Shown one piece after another: positions 1 through 13,559 of a stretch of DNA of 59,954 bases. The DNA comes from Negaprion brevirostris (lineage: Eukaryota), in the NCBI GenBank assembly GCA_030324005.1, contig JARDVH010000140.1:15262115-15322068 (forward strand). Direction: 5' to 3'. Under the pieces are notes generated by a model. It searched no databases, was not told where the DNA came from, and saw only the letters and a list, made by a program, of their open reading frames with translations. The translations under genes were made by a program, and so were the position numbers. Position 1 is the first letter of the stretch. Every line of letters starts with the position of its first letter.

Positions 1-760
1 CAACAAGGTGGACCGACACCGGAGGATACTACAACGATAGGACAAGACAAGCCAGTGCTTTGCTGGCAGCCTGCTGGTTCTTCCCACCACCATCCTGTTC
101 TAACTCTCCTTGGCCTCAATTCTTGGGTGATGTAGTGGGATCTTCAGTTACCTCCTCAAGGGATAGCACTCGCTAAACAAGAAGCATCTATCCAATCGTG
201 CAGAAGCCACAAACAGCCTTGGTACTTGTGAGTGCCACAAAATCGATGAAAATATCATGTGAACTCCCAACATAATGGGCAGAAAATTGGAGAATCTGTG
301 TCCTGTGATCACAGACAATCTGAACATTTACTGTTCTGTCAATGAAAGTTGCCAGCTCATCTGACAACACCTTAACAGCATGAATAAAATCTATTTCACC
401 TGGGGTGGGTGGGACCCAACCAGTGCAGGGAAGCCTCATGTTCTCTCTCCATGTGGCTTGCCTTATTTGTCTGGTAGTGGATGATCATGCGAATGTGTCT
501 GAAGATAGCATCAGTCACCAGTTTGATGCAACTGTGCACACCTGATTAAGGCATACTGCACAGATCTCCCACTGGGCTCTGAAAAGAACTGGATATGTCA
601 AAGTTAACAGCTACTGTGACCTTCAAAGCCACCACAAGGGATGTTTGTTCATCCAAGTTGGAGGCCATTTCCTAACCTATCAGTGAAATATTGCTGTCAC
701 TGTGTCCCTGGAAAGTTGAAGTGCTGACTGTAAACTTTAGCAACTTGAAGCCATCTTGAG
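1..760 (-). mobile_element. Decayed PIF/Harbinger (HARBI1-type DDE) transposase
   Basis: Minus-strand motifs VALKVTVAVNF..SSFQ..VGDLC, FIDRTVNVQIVCDHRTQILQFSAHYVGSSHDIFI, YPLRR*LKIPLHHPR, LQYPP, with stops and frameshifts; the element may extend to a TIR-like AAAATTCTGGCC near 2040. Confidence 0.75.
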
Positions 761-839
761 TGAACTCTCTTGCCCTGGTTCCCTGTTGGCCCTGCACCAA
801 CTAAGCCCTTGCTTCTCCTCTGAGAAGTTCTCTCCCTGA

Positions 840-1220
840 TTTGCTTTATTACTGTCACATATATTGGTATATAGTGAAAAGTATTGTTTCTTGCGTGCTA
901 TACAAACAATGCATACCATTCATACAGTACATAGTGGAGAAGAAATGAGAAGTTGCAGAATACAGTGTTACAGTTATAGCTAAGTTGTAGAGAAAGATCA
1001 ACTTAATATAAGGCAGGTCATCCAAAAGTCTGATGGCAGCAGGGAAGAAGCTGTTCTTGAGTTGTCTGATCTCAGATTTTTGTATCTATTTCCCCAAAGG
1101 AAGGTGACGGAATAGAGTACGTCTGGGGTGTGTGGGATTCTTTATTAGTTAGCTGCTTTTCTGAGGCAGCAGGAAGTGTTGCCAGAGTTAATGGATAGGA
1201 GGCTGGTTTGATGGATAGAA
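840..1220 (-). mobile_element. 3' fragment of a Rex1/Babar-like LINE
   Basis: Reverse complement resembles 44960-45320 (e.g. cttcttccctgctgccatcagactt, gcaagaaacaatacttttcactat). Confidence 0.7.
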
Positions 1221-2091
1221 CAAAAGTTTACTCACCTCCTACCAAGAATAGAACTGAAAAGCACGAAACAGCTGAGCAATTAAAATCATCCTCTATATCC
1301 AGTCTATGATAACTGCACCTTAATAATGTGAACAGTTGATTGAAGTTGCTTGAAGGCCAGATACTTGTCTGAAAAGAGTGAAGCTTTTCAGATGGACAGG
1401 GCTACATGCACAACCCTCTGTAGTTTCTTGTGGTCTTGATCAGAGCAGGAGTCATACCAAGCTATGATATATCTGAAAAGGACACTTTTTATAGCGCATC
1501 CGTAAAAATTGGTGGGACACTGGCCAGGCTATCATGGCATCCGCTTCCTCCTGCCCCCTCTTCCCATTCAGAGGAGGTCCAACCAGCAGAAGTCACTGTT
1601 CCCATCAGTTGAGATGCTGAGGACCAGTGCCTTTCAAAACAAAGGTCATTGTGCTGCAATCCTCAGGGAAGCCTTCCAGGAAAAATTAGGTCTTGAAATG
1701 CTGAGAAATAGGCTTGAAAAGCAATGAAATGCAAAGGAACTCACACAGTGACAGGCTGCAAGAACAAGAAAGTGTTGCTGATCCAAGAGCCTTTTATCCT
1801 GTATTTGGATGAAGAAGTGATAAAAATGTGATTTCCGCCCATCCATTTTATCTGTGTGGCGAACTGAAAATCGCATGAACAATGCAAAAATTGCAGTGTA
1901 TTGACTTGTTAATGGCCTTAATTGGCCCATTAATTTTTAGTGGGTATGCATCTAATTTGTGTGCAGCCTAGTGTTGGGCTGATATTTTATTGGGTCAAGC
2001 ACATTCCTGACCCTCCACACCCAAAGTAAAATTCTGGCCAATGAGTCTGAAAAAGCAAACTCAATGCTGGAGTTAAGGATAGTGAACTGAT

Positions 2092-2393
2092 GTGGTGGCA
2101 CAGTGGTTAGCACTGTTACGTCAGAGCACCAGGGACCTGGGTTCGATTCCCGGCTTGGGTCACTGTGTGTAGTTTGCACATTCTCCCTGTGTCTGCGTGG
2201 CTTTCTCCGACATTCCAAAGATACATGGGTTAGGTGCATCAGCTATGCTAAATTGATCCTTAATGTCCCGGGATGCATAGGTTGGAGGAATTAGCAGGGT
2301 AAATATGTAGGGATAGCATAGGTGGAATTGTTGTCGGTGCAGTCGTGAACGGCCGAATGGCTTCCTGCTGCACTGTAAAGATTTGATTCTATG
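2092..2393 (+). mobile_element. tRNA-derived SINE (HE1/V-SINE-like) with CR1-type tail
   Basis: A box TGGCACAGTGG, B box GGTTCGATTCC, central gtttgcacattctccctgtgtctgcgtgg domain, tail ...gcactgtaaagatttgattctatg. Confidence 0.85.
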
Positions 2394-2944
2394 TGGAATC
2401 ACGATATTTGTTTCCGTAAGGAAAGGGAGTGGCAAGTTATGGAATCAATAATGCAATGCTTGTTGTTCATGCACTGACATTTACAAATGGAAAACCAGTG
2501 TTTTATTATTGTTGTGTTCAATACAGTATCCTACCACACTATGGGGCTCCTGAGCATTATGTACTAGGTTCCAGCCATGCCAATTGATAATGCAAATAAC
2601 CTAAATTTTGCATTATCAATTCCCTTTGGACATATAAATGGTAAATCTGGACTATATAAATTGATTCTGGTACAGATGATGCTTTTAATTGCCTGTTGAG
2701 CAAGGAGTTGAATGGAGAATGTGGAATGAAGAAAATGTTAACTATTCATTCTTGAAAGGTCTTCAACAAGAATATCACCCTCTATCTGGCACTAATCAAT
2801 GATTACCACCAAGAGCTCACTAATGTAACAAGAAAGCAGTATGTGTTTGGATAAAGCTTTAAAACAATTTTGTATCAATATAGATTCCTTTTACCTTTCC
2901 TTCAAGATATATTATCAGTCTTTATATTTAAAAGTGTTGCTCAC

Positions 2945-3120
2945 CTGTTAAGAGCTAAATACAGTTCTGTGTTGTGCGCATGAAACTGGTCTCCACTGAG
3001 GTCATAAAAGTTAACTGTAAAAGTCAATGTCATTCCAAGAGGAAAGGCAGCCAGTTCTTCGTTTTTGGCTACATACAACTTCGGACTAGTGTTAATACTG
3101 AGATACGCCACTGGAGCCAC
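2945..3120 (-). CDS. NUP210L: NUP210L-like exon 19 (gene continues left of the window)
   Basis: TAG|GTG...AG|GTGAGC; 176 nt; VAPVAYLSINTSPKLYVAKNEELAAFPLGMTLTFTVNFYDLSGDQFHAHNTELYLALNR. Confidence 0.93.
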
Positions 3121-4711
3121 CTAATATCAATACAGTAAGTTGACTGAACCTTAATAAGCACTTAAGATGAACGTTAGTCTAGATTAATGACTGTTAAAAA
3201 CAAGTAAAGCAATTTTCATAACTTTCAGCTGTGTGTAGAGACAACAAGATGAACTAGGGTTTATTTGTAATGGTATGTTACCAATTAACAACTGTGCAGA
3301 ACCATAAACAATTACCATTGCCAATGCTTCTGGGGGCGGGGGGGTGTTGTTGTTGTTGAAGGGACAAGAGAGAGAGGGGAATGCTCCTGACATCTTAATA
3401 GTTGTTCATGGATATTAAAGGTGACAAACTATTAATGCTGGTTATATACTGACTAGATTTATGCAGGAATAGGTTAATGTCAGCTTCAAAAATCCAAGGA
3501 GTTAACAGTCCCCAATGGTTCCCTCAGTTCTCAGTAAAAAAACTGCAGGAAAAGCAGAAAGTTGCAAGTCTGACCTTCAGTCAGTGCTAAATTGAATACA
3601 TTTGGCTTCAGTAGTTCTGGGGTAGGGTGAGAAATGAACCAAATTGCTTCCTTCTGTTTGCAACATATTGATTCATACAAGACAAATGGGCATCTGATGA
3701 TAGCAAGATCACTTTGTTGTGATGCAACAATCAAATAGCCTGCTGACAACAAGGGCTGACAGGACCCTGATGTCAGTGTAAAAAGCAAATCCCGAGGCTG
3801 CACTTGCAGACAGCGGATCTTGCTCAGCAATTTTATTATTGGCGTCCTCCTAATTGGCCGCCTCTGGCGTTGCTGCCCAATTAAGGATGGCGGACAGGCT
3901 CCTGACACTGCCAGTCCAATCATAGAGCCACCAAATCTGAAGCCTCAGCAGCGATACCAGAAGTGCTGGCTGCTGAGGAACGCTGGAGACCTGGGGAACC
4001 CCTGAGGGGAGATCACTGAAGCTGTCATTACTGTCCACAGCCCCATCATCCTTCCTCTATATCCTTCATGAGCTGGGGCAAGAAGGCTGCTTCCATTTGC
4101 TAGCAGCCTGCCTGGAATCATTGTTCCACTGCTGGCAACAAAATAAAATGACTCTTGGCTGGGTTTTTAATTATTTAAATCCTGCAATCTGTCCCACTAT
4201 TAGTAAAATGCCCCAAAGCTGGGACCAGGTTGGGGTGCTGAACAGACCTGGCTCCTGTGTCTCAGGGACTGGTAAAACTCTGGTCTAACTCTCCATCTCA
4301 CTCTCACACAAATAATTACTATTCAGATGAAGTATTGATGGGTAAGTGTCAGCTTTGAACTCTATTGCTGTGAGGTGAGGTACTAGAGGCGACAAAGGCA
4401 GAAAATTAGTGAGAGAAAATCATGAACAATTAAGTGCAAAATATTTACAAACCCCAAAACAAATGAAAAACATTCTGATTTAGCAGCTCTACATTCATTG
4501 AGTTCTACAAAGTATAAATGATCCCAGACATGACTAGTAAGACATTACAATGTGCAAAATACTTGGTGAGATGCATTGACACTGTTTTCAGAATTCCTTA
4601 AATTGGGACATACTCATGCCATTAAATACAACACATGTTAACTGAATTGGGCTCCATATAATGGACATTTTGCTTTACTTTAAAATTTGATACACCATTG
4701 TTCAGTGCTCT

Positions 4712-4851
4712 GCAAGCAAAATTCTCCCATCTCGCCCGCCGCAGGGATTGTAGTGAATCAGACAAAAAATTCAGCAGACCATTCAAAAGGTCCATCGAAC
4801 TTGGACAGGAATTTTAGGTCTTGGGGCGTGCTTGGCCAGAGAATCCCGCTC
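4712..4851. mobile_element. Short MITE, same family as 31832-31958 (opposite orientation)
   Basis: attctcccatctcgcccgcc...ggaattttaggtct aligns by eye with the reverse complement of 31832-31958; degenerate TIRs. Confidence 0.6.
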
Positions 4852-5639
4852 ATTAACTATTCATAATGTTGTACAAGCATACCTGCATATGCACCACGCG
4901 CACACTAAACTTTGGAGGAATACAAAATAGCTGAATGAGGGAAGTAGAATTCAGCCAAAGTACACCTCAAATTTGACANNNNNNNNNNNNNNNNNNNNNN
5001 NNNNNNNNNNNNNNNNNNNNNNNNNNNNNNNNNNNNNNNNNNNNNNNNNNNNNNNNNNNNNNNNNNNNNNNNNNNNNNAATTATGATGATAAAAGGTTAT
5101 AGGTTTTTATTTAGAGTACTTGTAGGAAATCATTTTACTGGTTCAACAGTAGAGATTTGCAGATGTAGAAGGGCTGATAAATAAAACATGGTCAGCTTTC
5201 TAAGCGCTCCAGTGTCTTGAATTTTAATGGCAAGATTTGTGTCTCTGTACTCCCAGGGCAGAATCCAGGTATGAAGATTTGGTGAATTGCCTCTACAGCA
5301 ATATAGTTCTATCTCTAATCCTCATTCTAGTTACAAGTCTACTAGATTAGTTACTAGACCTGGTCTTTCATATGTCCTCAAGGGTACCTCTAAGCATCTT
5401 ACTCCAAGGCTTTCAGCAACGTTTCACTGTAATGAATTGGGACTGCATTATGACAATCTCAGGGTTAATTTGTTTATGGTTTCTTTTATTTCTCAGGGTT
5501 AGGTGGCATAAGATCTCTACTTTGCACATCCACATTGTAGCAAAGTTGAGATCAAGACCATACTGTGCACATTATTGCTTTATATTTTTAGGCTGCAAAG
5601 AACCATATCATTCAGTGAAGCCATTTCTAATTTCTTGCA

Positions 5640-5918
5640 CCTGCCAAATCCATGACCACTGCAATCTAGACAGTCCCCTCCAAATCACTCATCCTTCTGA
5701 CTTAGAAATGTAACCGTTCCTTCCTTGTTACTGAATAAAAATCCTGGAACTCCCTCCCTAACAGCACCGTATGCCTCAAATTTTGTGCTCCTACACTTGA
5801 AGGACTTCAGCAGTTCAAGCAGGTATCTTGTCACCACCTTCTCAAGGACATTAAGGGATGAGCAATAAATGCTGCCTAACCAGTGATGTCTACATCCCCC
5901 AAATTAATAAAATAATAA
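5640..5918 (+). mobile_element. 3' end of a CR1/L2-like LINE
   Basis: Similar to 31650-31735 (ctgacttagaaat...aaatcctggaactccc); ends in ...gatgtctacatcccc-aataaa; a minus-strand piece of the same family lies at about 9290-9450. Confidence 0.6.
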
Positions 5919-5987
5919 AGTCATGAAGCTATTTAAAATCACCATTTATGATTCGCATTATAACTCATAAAATGGGACAGTACTTAC

Positions 5988-6162
5988 TCTTACTCCTGTT
6001 ACAATAGTTTGGTTCAGTCCAAAGTATTCGAGTGATGTTACTGTGAGTGCTGAAGAACCAGTTCTGGGTCCAGACGTCAAGACACCATGTCCATCCTCCG
6101 TTATCACAGACTTATTATGAGGACATTTGCGCACTTCGTAGTTGACATAGGCTTTGCCACCC
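5988..6162 (-). CDS. NUP210L: NUP210L-like exon 18
   Basis: CAG|G...AGA|GTAAGT; 175 nt; GGKAYVNYEVRKCPHNKSVITEDGHGVLTSGPRTGSSALTVTSLEYFGLNQTIVTGVR. Confidence 0.9.
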
Positions 6163-9100
6163 CTGTTGATTCCAAAAATGTAACTTTAAAACCATAACCT
6201 TAGTAATAGGTATATGTATTTACTACAATCGTATACTTTTTTCCCGAGAGTGGAACTTTCCTGTGGGTTTGGGAACTCTGCCATTAAGTTCAACTGGGGA
6301 TCAGAAGTCCATGCCACAGGAAGATGGGTGATTGAATTAGGCAGAAGCCGGAATTTTGATTTGCCAATTGTGGGTTGATATGCAGAGTTTAACTCAGCAA
6401 TGTGTCAGAACTCACACTGTCCTGTGGCAGGCTCCCACTTGTACGTCATGGATAGTCATTCGCATGAAATCTTTTGTAATTATGTCCTGCCTTTAAAATA
6501 AAGTCATTGGCACACGTGAATATCATGGTATCCAGTTCACATATATGTAAAGGTGGCATGTGCCTAAGATGGGCAGTTTTCTTTGTTGAACTTCATGACA
6601 CAAGGGAGAGGAGTAGGAGAATGACAGCTTGTACAGAGGCTCAGGACCAGCAAGCGAAAGTCAGGGGACAGTTGTGGGGTGGCAGGTTTAATGGAGGTCT
6701 GAGGGTTCTTCCAACAGATCTGTGATGAATCTTGGACAATGGGTGGCCACTGAAACATTCTGGCAGTGATACACAGCCCCAGTTTGATCTGGAGGTTATT
6801 TTAAAGCCCATCCGTAGCTGCAGCATGGTGGTTTTCACCAATGAGAAGCTACCCCTGTCAGGGAATTGCATGCTGCCTATGCATTTCACTGGCATCTTAA
6901 GTTTTTACTGTGGNNNNNNNNNNAGCAAGGGAATGGAAATGACACACATTTACAAGTTCACATTAGGAATGGCATGTCAAAGTTAAAATTCTGTTCTACG
7001 TGGATAACAGTCGCTGGGTTGTGATGTTCCCTGAATTAACCAATTAGTGGTCAGAGGGCAGGCTCGCTGTCCAATTAAGAATGGCAAGCTAACCGGAAGT
7101 TCTCCATTCCTGAAAAAGCAGCAGGCTGCTTGGGAGGGTGATCCAAAATAAATAATTAAAATAAAAATGCCCTTCGCATCTGGGGTACGGTTGCGGATGG
7201 GGAACCCAAATTGGCCTGCTGGGCTGCCCGCTGGAGAGTCACCTTCAGGTAGCTATACGGGTCTTCGATGCCTCCAAAAGCTGATTGGAAAATTTCCATT
7301 CAACCTCTGACAATATAGGCCTCAATGGACCTTTAATGAGCCTTAACTGACCACCTGAAGAGCCTGGGTCCTTGCCTTCTGCTTCCGAGAAAGTAGTCTG
7401 GGAGTAAGACGGTGCCAGAAAACTAGCTTGCTCATATGGAAATTCCATGCCTGCTGCCTCCATGCTCATCCCCATTGAGGCATATACATTCAGTCCAAAA
7501 AGGAACAGTGATTTCCAGTAATCCAGATACTTATATATTAAATATTATTTGTTTTCTTGGTAACTGGAAGCTATAGGAGGTTAGACACTGACCATAAAGT
7601 TTTGGAGCAGGCTCCATGTCCAGCACTGACCCATGAGATGAAAGTTTCCTTTGTCTGCTGCTTGTAAGGTTCCTAACTGAATTGAATTTGGGCAGTCTAG
7701 TTCCTTTATGGCATGGGCATACAGCACAAAATTGTCACTAATTCAGCACCAACTGGAAAAAGAACTTGAACAACCCAAGGGGGAACAGAGAAAATACCAC
7801 TCTGGCTCAACAGAATTTTTTTTCTGAGAACATGGTTGGGGAAAATTATTTCAACTTAGGAAAGTCAAATTTACATCCAACTACTTGACTTGAAAGTGTT
7901 TAATATTGGCGCTGGGTGCCTGAAATGGGAAGTGTCTGTTGTCCAGAATTAACATCCTTGATGAGCACCAAGATTTCAGAATCACTAACGAGGAATTACA
8001 TTTCTTTCTCTTTGGCAAGTTAGCGCAGAGTGAGAACACTGCCAATCAATGTCAATCTGCTACTAACCAACTACAATTTCCTCTCAGGACTCTCCTTTAT
8101 TATTCAGGTTAAGTTTGAAATGACTGTTCTATCATTTATGTCCTATTTTTACTGGATGTCCGGTCTCATGACTTTCTTTTCCTCTTGAGTAAGCCCTCCC
8201 AGAAAGGAAAATCCTTCCACCTTGTTCGCATCATTTTACTTCCGGAAACAGCAAGCATTCCCTCAAAGCCATAATATGCAGATCACAGCAAGCTACCATG
8301 ATTGCTGAGACTTTTGGTGGGTTGTATTCCAGGACTTCCTCAGTTGGCAATGTTTGTAGTTGGAATGGAGTTAGAAAGAGTACTGGGAGGAAATACGTGA
8401 GGAACTGGTAGCATATGAGATGCTGGGATTGGCAGGAATGAGTAGGTCAAATGTCTTCAGCAATAAGAAGCAAAACTAAACGGAGGAAGTGTGCCTGGGG
8501 CTTATCTGGGATTGACAAGTGAGGATGCTTAGCCAATGAGTATCTCAAAGACTGAGATTGATAGATTTTAAGTGTTAAGGGAATCAAGGGATAGAATGGG
8601 AAAGTGTAAACGTTCAAGGAAGGGACCATATGGCTTATTGCTGCCCCTATTTCTTTTGTTAATTAGTCCACTGAGTTATAATGAACAATAAAGCCCATCA
8701 ATTCTGGCTGCAGATGATAATTAAATGCAGCTTCTCTTTGCTTTCTTTGTTAGCTTGGCAATACTTATCAATTACTAAGATACGAACAGACTATGCATTC
8801 TCTGTAACAATCTGTAGCCAGCCACTGGAGAATGAAATGTAGTGATCTATATTGTCTTGTTCTCAATGTTTTGGAGTTGTTTGTCATTGTTTGGTATAGT
8901 TTTGCAACTTTTTCTTGTGATCCGTTTGGTGCACAATCCTACATAGGATCACAATAAAATCCCATACATGGGCTGGATTTTAATATACTGGTGCATTTTG
9001 CAATGTATTTGCAACTTTGCCCCAGAAAATAGTAAACCTTAAAAAAAAATCCCACCCATTGCTTCATTGGATCCACTTCAGATTTGCAAATTTTTAAGCA

Positions 9101-9546
9101 GCAACAGAAATAACATTTTGCATACAATTTCAAATCAACAAGAAATGTAAAGAAGATTAAATTGCAATCTTTTATAAGAAACCCACTTAAGAAAGAAAGC
9201 AAAATGGGTAACCTTGTTGGTGTGTTTTAAATCATTTATTGTTGTGTTTGGATGACACTGACATGTTCATGTTTACTGCCCTGAAAAGGTAGCTTACAGG
9301 AATCATATTGAACTGCTGCAGCCTTTGGAAATGATTATGGTAAGCAATTCTAGAAATAAAATACACTGACAATGAAGGCATGGCAGTATGTCTAAGTCAA
9401 GATAGTATCTGCCTTGGAGTGGAACTGGAAGTTGGGTTGTTCCCATGGCATTATTCCACTTGCCTTTCTTGATAGGAGATGGCATGGAAGGGGGGTGCGA
9501 TCAAAGCAATCCATCACACCAGTGACTTGAATCCTGCAGATCGTAG

Positions 9547-9791
9547 GCAAGCATGATGGCACAGTGGTTAGCATTGCTGCCTCACAATGCCACAAACCCA
9601 GGTTCAATTCCTGGCTTGGGTCACTGTCTGTATGGAGTTTGCATGTTCTCCTTGTATCTGCATGGATTTACTCCGGGTGCTCCGGTTTTCTTCCACAATC
9701 TGAAAAATGTGTTGGTCAGGTGGACTGGCCATGCTAAATTCTCCCTCCATATGCCTGTTCAGGCGGCAGAGTGTGGCAACTAGGGGATTTT
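9547..9791 (+). mobile_element. tRNA-derived V-SINE-like element (second tail type), runs into a gap
   Basis: A/B boxes and central domain followed by ...gagtgtggcaactaggggattt. Confidence 0.85.
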
Positions 9792-10374
9792 NNNNNNNNN
9801 NNNNNNNNNNNNNNNNNNNNNNNNNNNNNNNNNNNNNNNNNNNNNNNNNNNNNNNNNNNNNNNNNNNNNNNNNNNNNNNNNNNNNNNNNNNNNNNNNNNN
9901 NNNNNNNNNNNNNNNNNNNNNNNNNNNNNNNNNNNNNNNNNNNNNNNNNNNNNNNNNNNNNNNNNNNNNNNNNNNNNNNNNNNNNNNNNNNNNNNNNNNN
10001 NNNNNNNNNNNNNNNNNNNNNNNNNNNNNNTTCAATATGGTTATTTTCTGGCACTTCAGTGGTGCAAGGGTCACTGATCATTTGTCAGTCAGTCCTAGCC
10101 TGATAAGTGGCAGATTACAAGCCTGCCATATAACTGCCTGTTAATGATGAAGTTGTCCTGATATAGGCTGGCATTTGTTGCTTCACATGAAAGAAACTGA
10201 ACACCGTAATTGTTAATGAGCAAACTCACAACTGAATTTATAGAAAAAGATCATCGATAAAACAGCTGAAGATAGTTGGGTTGAAGATATATCCCTGAAG
10301 ATAAATTGTTAATGTCATGGTTTAAATTATACTCAAACTTGATCATCATAATTCAAAGAAACAAATAAACTCAC

Positions 10375-10466
10375 CTAGAGGTCTGTAACTTTAGATAGGA
10401 GTTTGGTGACATCAGCACTTCCTCTGCTGGTAGAGAGAGAGGCAAAAGTTCTAATATTCCAAAAAC
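10375..10466 (-). CDS. NUP210L: NUP210L-like exon 17
   Basis: TAG|GTT...AG|GTGAGT; 92 nt; VFGILELLPLSLPAEEVLMSPNSYLKLQTSR. Confidence 0.92.
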
Positions 10467-11289
10467 CTACAAATGAGTAAAGGAACATTTGTTATTGTAA
10501 ACATATCCTCATTAATCGGATCAACACCTGCATGCGTTCTTGCATCACTCACCGCTGTGGCAAGAAAAACCACAATTGAGATTATAAGTGAAGTGGTCAC
10601 TTATAAACAAATTGCAAAGAAACACAAAACTGCAATTATTTTCGAGCTTTTGTAGGAATCCTTTCCAACAAATTATTACGAATAAAATTAAAATATTAAA
10701 TAACTAACTGGATTCATTCCAGTAAAAGTGATAGCAACTATTTATTGTTAATTTATCTTAACTACACCTAAAGCTTACGCTGAAGAAAATACATGTGCAT
10801 GTAAAAATGCAGTGTATAAGTGTGCTAGACTGTGTTAACAGTAAAGTGAAGACACATCAAATTTTTACATCTTTTATGTTAGAAATTTCTTTTTAGCAGA
10901 ATATACTTGAGAACGGTGTTGGTCAATGGATTTTCTTTTCATGTGTTTTTGAAAACACATATATATTATGTACACAGATAAAGCTGTGTAAAAACATTAA
11001 AGTTGCATCCTGACACATTGTCCATTGCAACACGGAATTAGTACAAAAGCAGCTGAATGCAGCTGAGTTGATATGCTTTTTGATATTTCCTCTCTCTGGG
11101 AATCTAATTATCAACCTGAGATCAGACACAGAGCCAAATTGCAAGTATAACCACAGATCCAAATTCTCTTAGAGTTCAGCATACAAAGCAACTAATGTAT
11201 TGCACCACTTGAGAGCTGATCCCACGAGGAGTTCAATTATTATTTAATTCCAAAATCAATGAAAATGAAAACACAGCATACGCAATTAC

Positions 11290-11448
11290 CATGATCTGAA
11301 TCTCATCAGAAAATTTGTCAACATATCCTTCAAACTGTCCAGCGGATGGATTCTGTGTCTTTATAGTGACTTTCAAACCTGTTTTCCCTTCTGCTTTGCT
11401 GTACAGTAGCATGGCAAAATTATGTTCTGCAGAAAGCTGTAGCGATAT
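11290..11448 (-). CDS. NUP210L: NUP210L-like exon 16
   Basis: TAG|ATA...ATG|GTAATT; 159 nt; ISLQLSAEHNFAMLLYSKAEGKTGLKVTIKTQNPSAGQFEGYVDKFSDEIQIM. Confidence 0.93.
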
Positions 11449-12224
11449 CTATAAACCAAACAGACATGCTTCATAATGCACCTGTGCTTCATAGGTAACA
11501 AATGCTTATGAACCATCATTCCTCTTGTAATAATAGTCAAACAATAATTTTAGGAAAATATTTTAAGATTGTCTCTTGAATGCAAGCCAGAGAAGATAAC
11601 CACACCACTTGAAGGCAGTGGAAGCTGAAAAGAATTTCAGTTTTGCCTAAGGAGAATCAAACATATTTAATGTGTTCAACACTGAGTTAAAGTTTAAAAA
11701 GTAAAACAAAACACTTGAGGGCAGCAGAGTGCCACACCATGTTAATGATCTATTGCATTACTCATGATTCCAATTTTCTGTGTATCAAAGTGCAGGGATT
11801 TCCCTGATAAAAATGAACTTTGGTGAAAGAATCACCCAGGCTTCTCTTCTACATGCTCAATTACCTAGATCAATAGTAAAGGTCTTCGGCAGATCACTAA
11901 TCTCTCCAGCCGAGGAAGCAGTGTTTGATCCAACTAAGGCTTGAGTGGGAGGAAATTAAATGCATTTATAAATGAGGGAAAGTTAATTAAAGACTGTCAT
12001 CAGGGACAGAAGATAAAGCTACTTAATTTAGTGACCAGTCCTATCACAGATGGCCAAATTGTTTTCTCTTTTTCTACTGCTGTTTGCTTCCATACTAAAG
12101 ATAGTTAAATACCAAAGCATTTCATGTCAACCAAAAACAATTTGTACAAATAAAGATGATATCAAGTATTTTAGAAATAAATGTAGCTGTGATTTTGATT
12201 AGTTATAAATAATGAATAACAATG

Positions 12225-12968
12225 ATAGAACACAGAACATTACAGCACAGTATAGGCCCTTCAGCCCTCGATGTTGCACCGACCAGTGGAACCAATCTAC
12301 TGACCCTCTAACCTAAACTATTCCNNNNNNNNNNNNNNNNNNNNNNNNNNNNNNNNNNNNNNNNNNNNNNNNNNNNNNNNNNNNNNNNNNNNNNNNNNNN
12401 NNNNNNNNNNNNNNNNNNNNNNNNNNNNNNNNNNNNNNNNNNNNNNNNNNNNNNNNNNNNNNNNNNNNNNNNNNNNNNNNNNNNNNNNNNNNNNNNNNNN
12501 NNNNNNNNNNNNNNNNNNNNNNNNNNNNNNNNNNNNNNNNNNNNNNNNNNNNNNNNNNNNNNNNNNNNNNNNNNNNNNNNNNNNNNNNNNNNNNNNNNNN
12601 NNNNNNNNNNNNNNNNNNNNNNNNNNNNNNNNNNNNNNNNNNNNNNNNNNNNNNNNNNNNNNNNNNNNNNNNNNNNNNNNNNNNNNNNNNNNNNNNNNNN
12701 NNNNNNNNNNNNNNNNNNNNNNNNNNNNNNNNNNNNNNNNNNNNNNNNNNNNNNNNNNNNNNNNNNNNNNNNNNNNNNNNNNNNNNNNNNNNNNNNNNNN
12801 NNNNNNNNNNNNNNNNNNNNNNNNNNNNNNNNNNNNNNNNNNNNNNNNNNNNNNNNNNNNNNNCTTTCAGGGATCTATGCACATGGACACCGAGATCTCT
12901 CTGCTCATCCACACTACCAAGAGTCTTTCCATTAGCCCAAAACTCTGCAATCCTGTTACTCCTTCCAA
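12225..12968 (-). mobile_element. CR1 LINE 3' fragment (mostly gap)
   Basis: EQRDLGVHVHRSLK RT C-terminal motif plus a CR1-type 3' tail. Confidence 0.8.
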
Positions 12969-13013
12969 AGGAGTAATCCTGTTACTCTTTCCAAAATCAT
13001 CAATGATGAGTTA

Positions 13014-13196
<183 letters not shown>

Positions 13197-13559
13197 TCAA
13201 ATGTAACATATTTTACAACATGTGTATCACACCATGTTAAGACTAAGGATTCATACATTCAAGAGTTAGCTACTTATCCATATTCCTATTCAACAAATTG
13301 GTTTCACAATAAAAATGGTTAAATGTTTAAAATTTAAGGACAAGTATATCATTTCACAATTTTTTAACTCAAAATATAATTTCAAAGTCTTCTCTGTTTT
13401 TGAGATATTATTGAGTAAGACAGAATAATTCATGATTATCTCATATTCCCCTATGCATTGTGGCATATTACAAGAGTTCTGATGAGGAAAATTACAAAAT
13501 GACTGAGCAATACAAGTATGAACCAATCTGTTTAAGTCTGAATTAGTCTGATAAAGACC

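Noticed and set aside
1230-1320. Possible next NUP210L exon (GTGAGT donor near 1235)
   Set aside because: Frames read contain stops and lack the expected continuation; the next exon is probably left of the window.
2092-2170. tRNA genes
   Set aside because: The A/B boxes continue into SINE bodies; no full cloverleaf is evident.
9604-12912. Long X-rich ORFs
   Set aside because: Artefacts of translating through N gaps.
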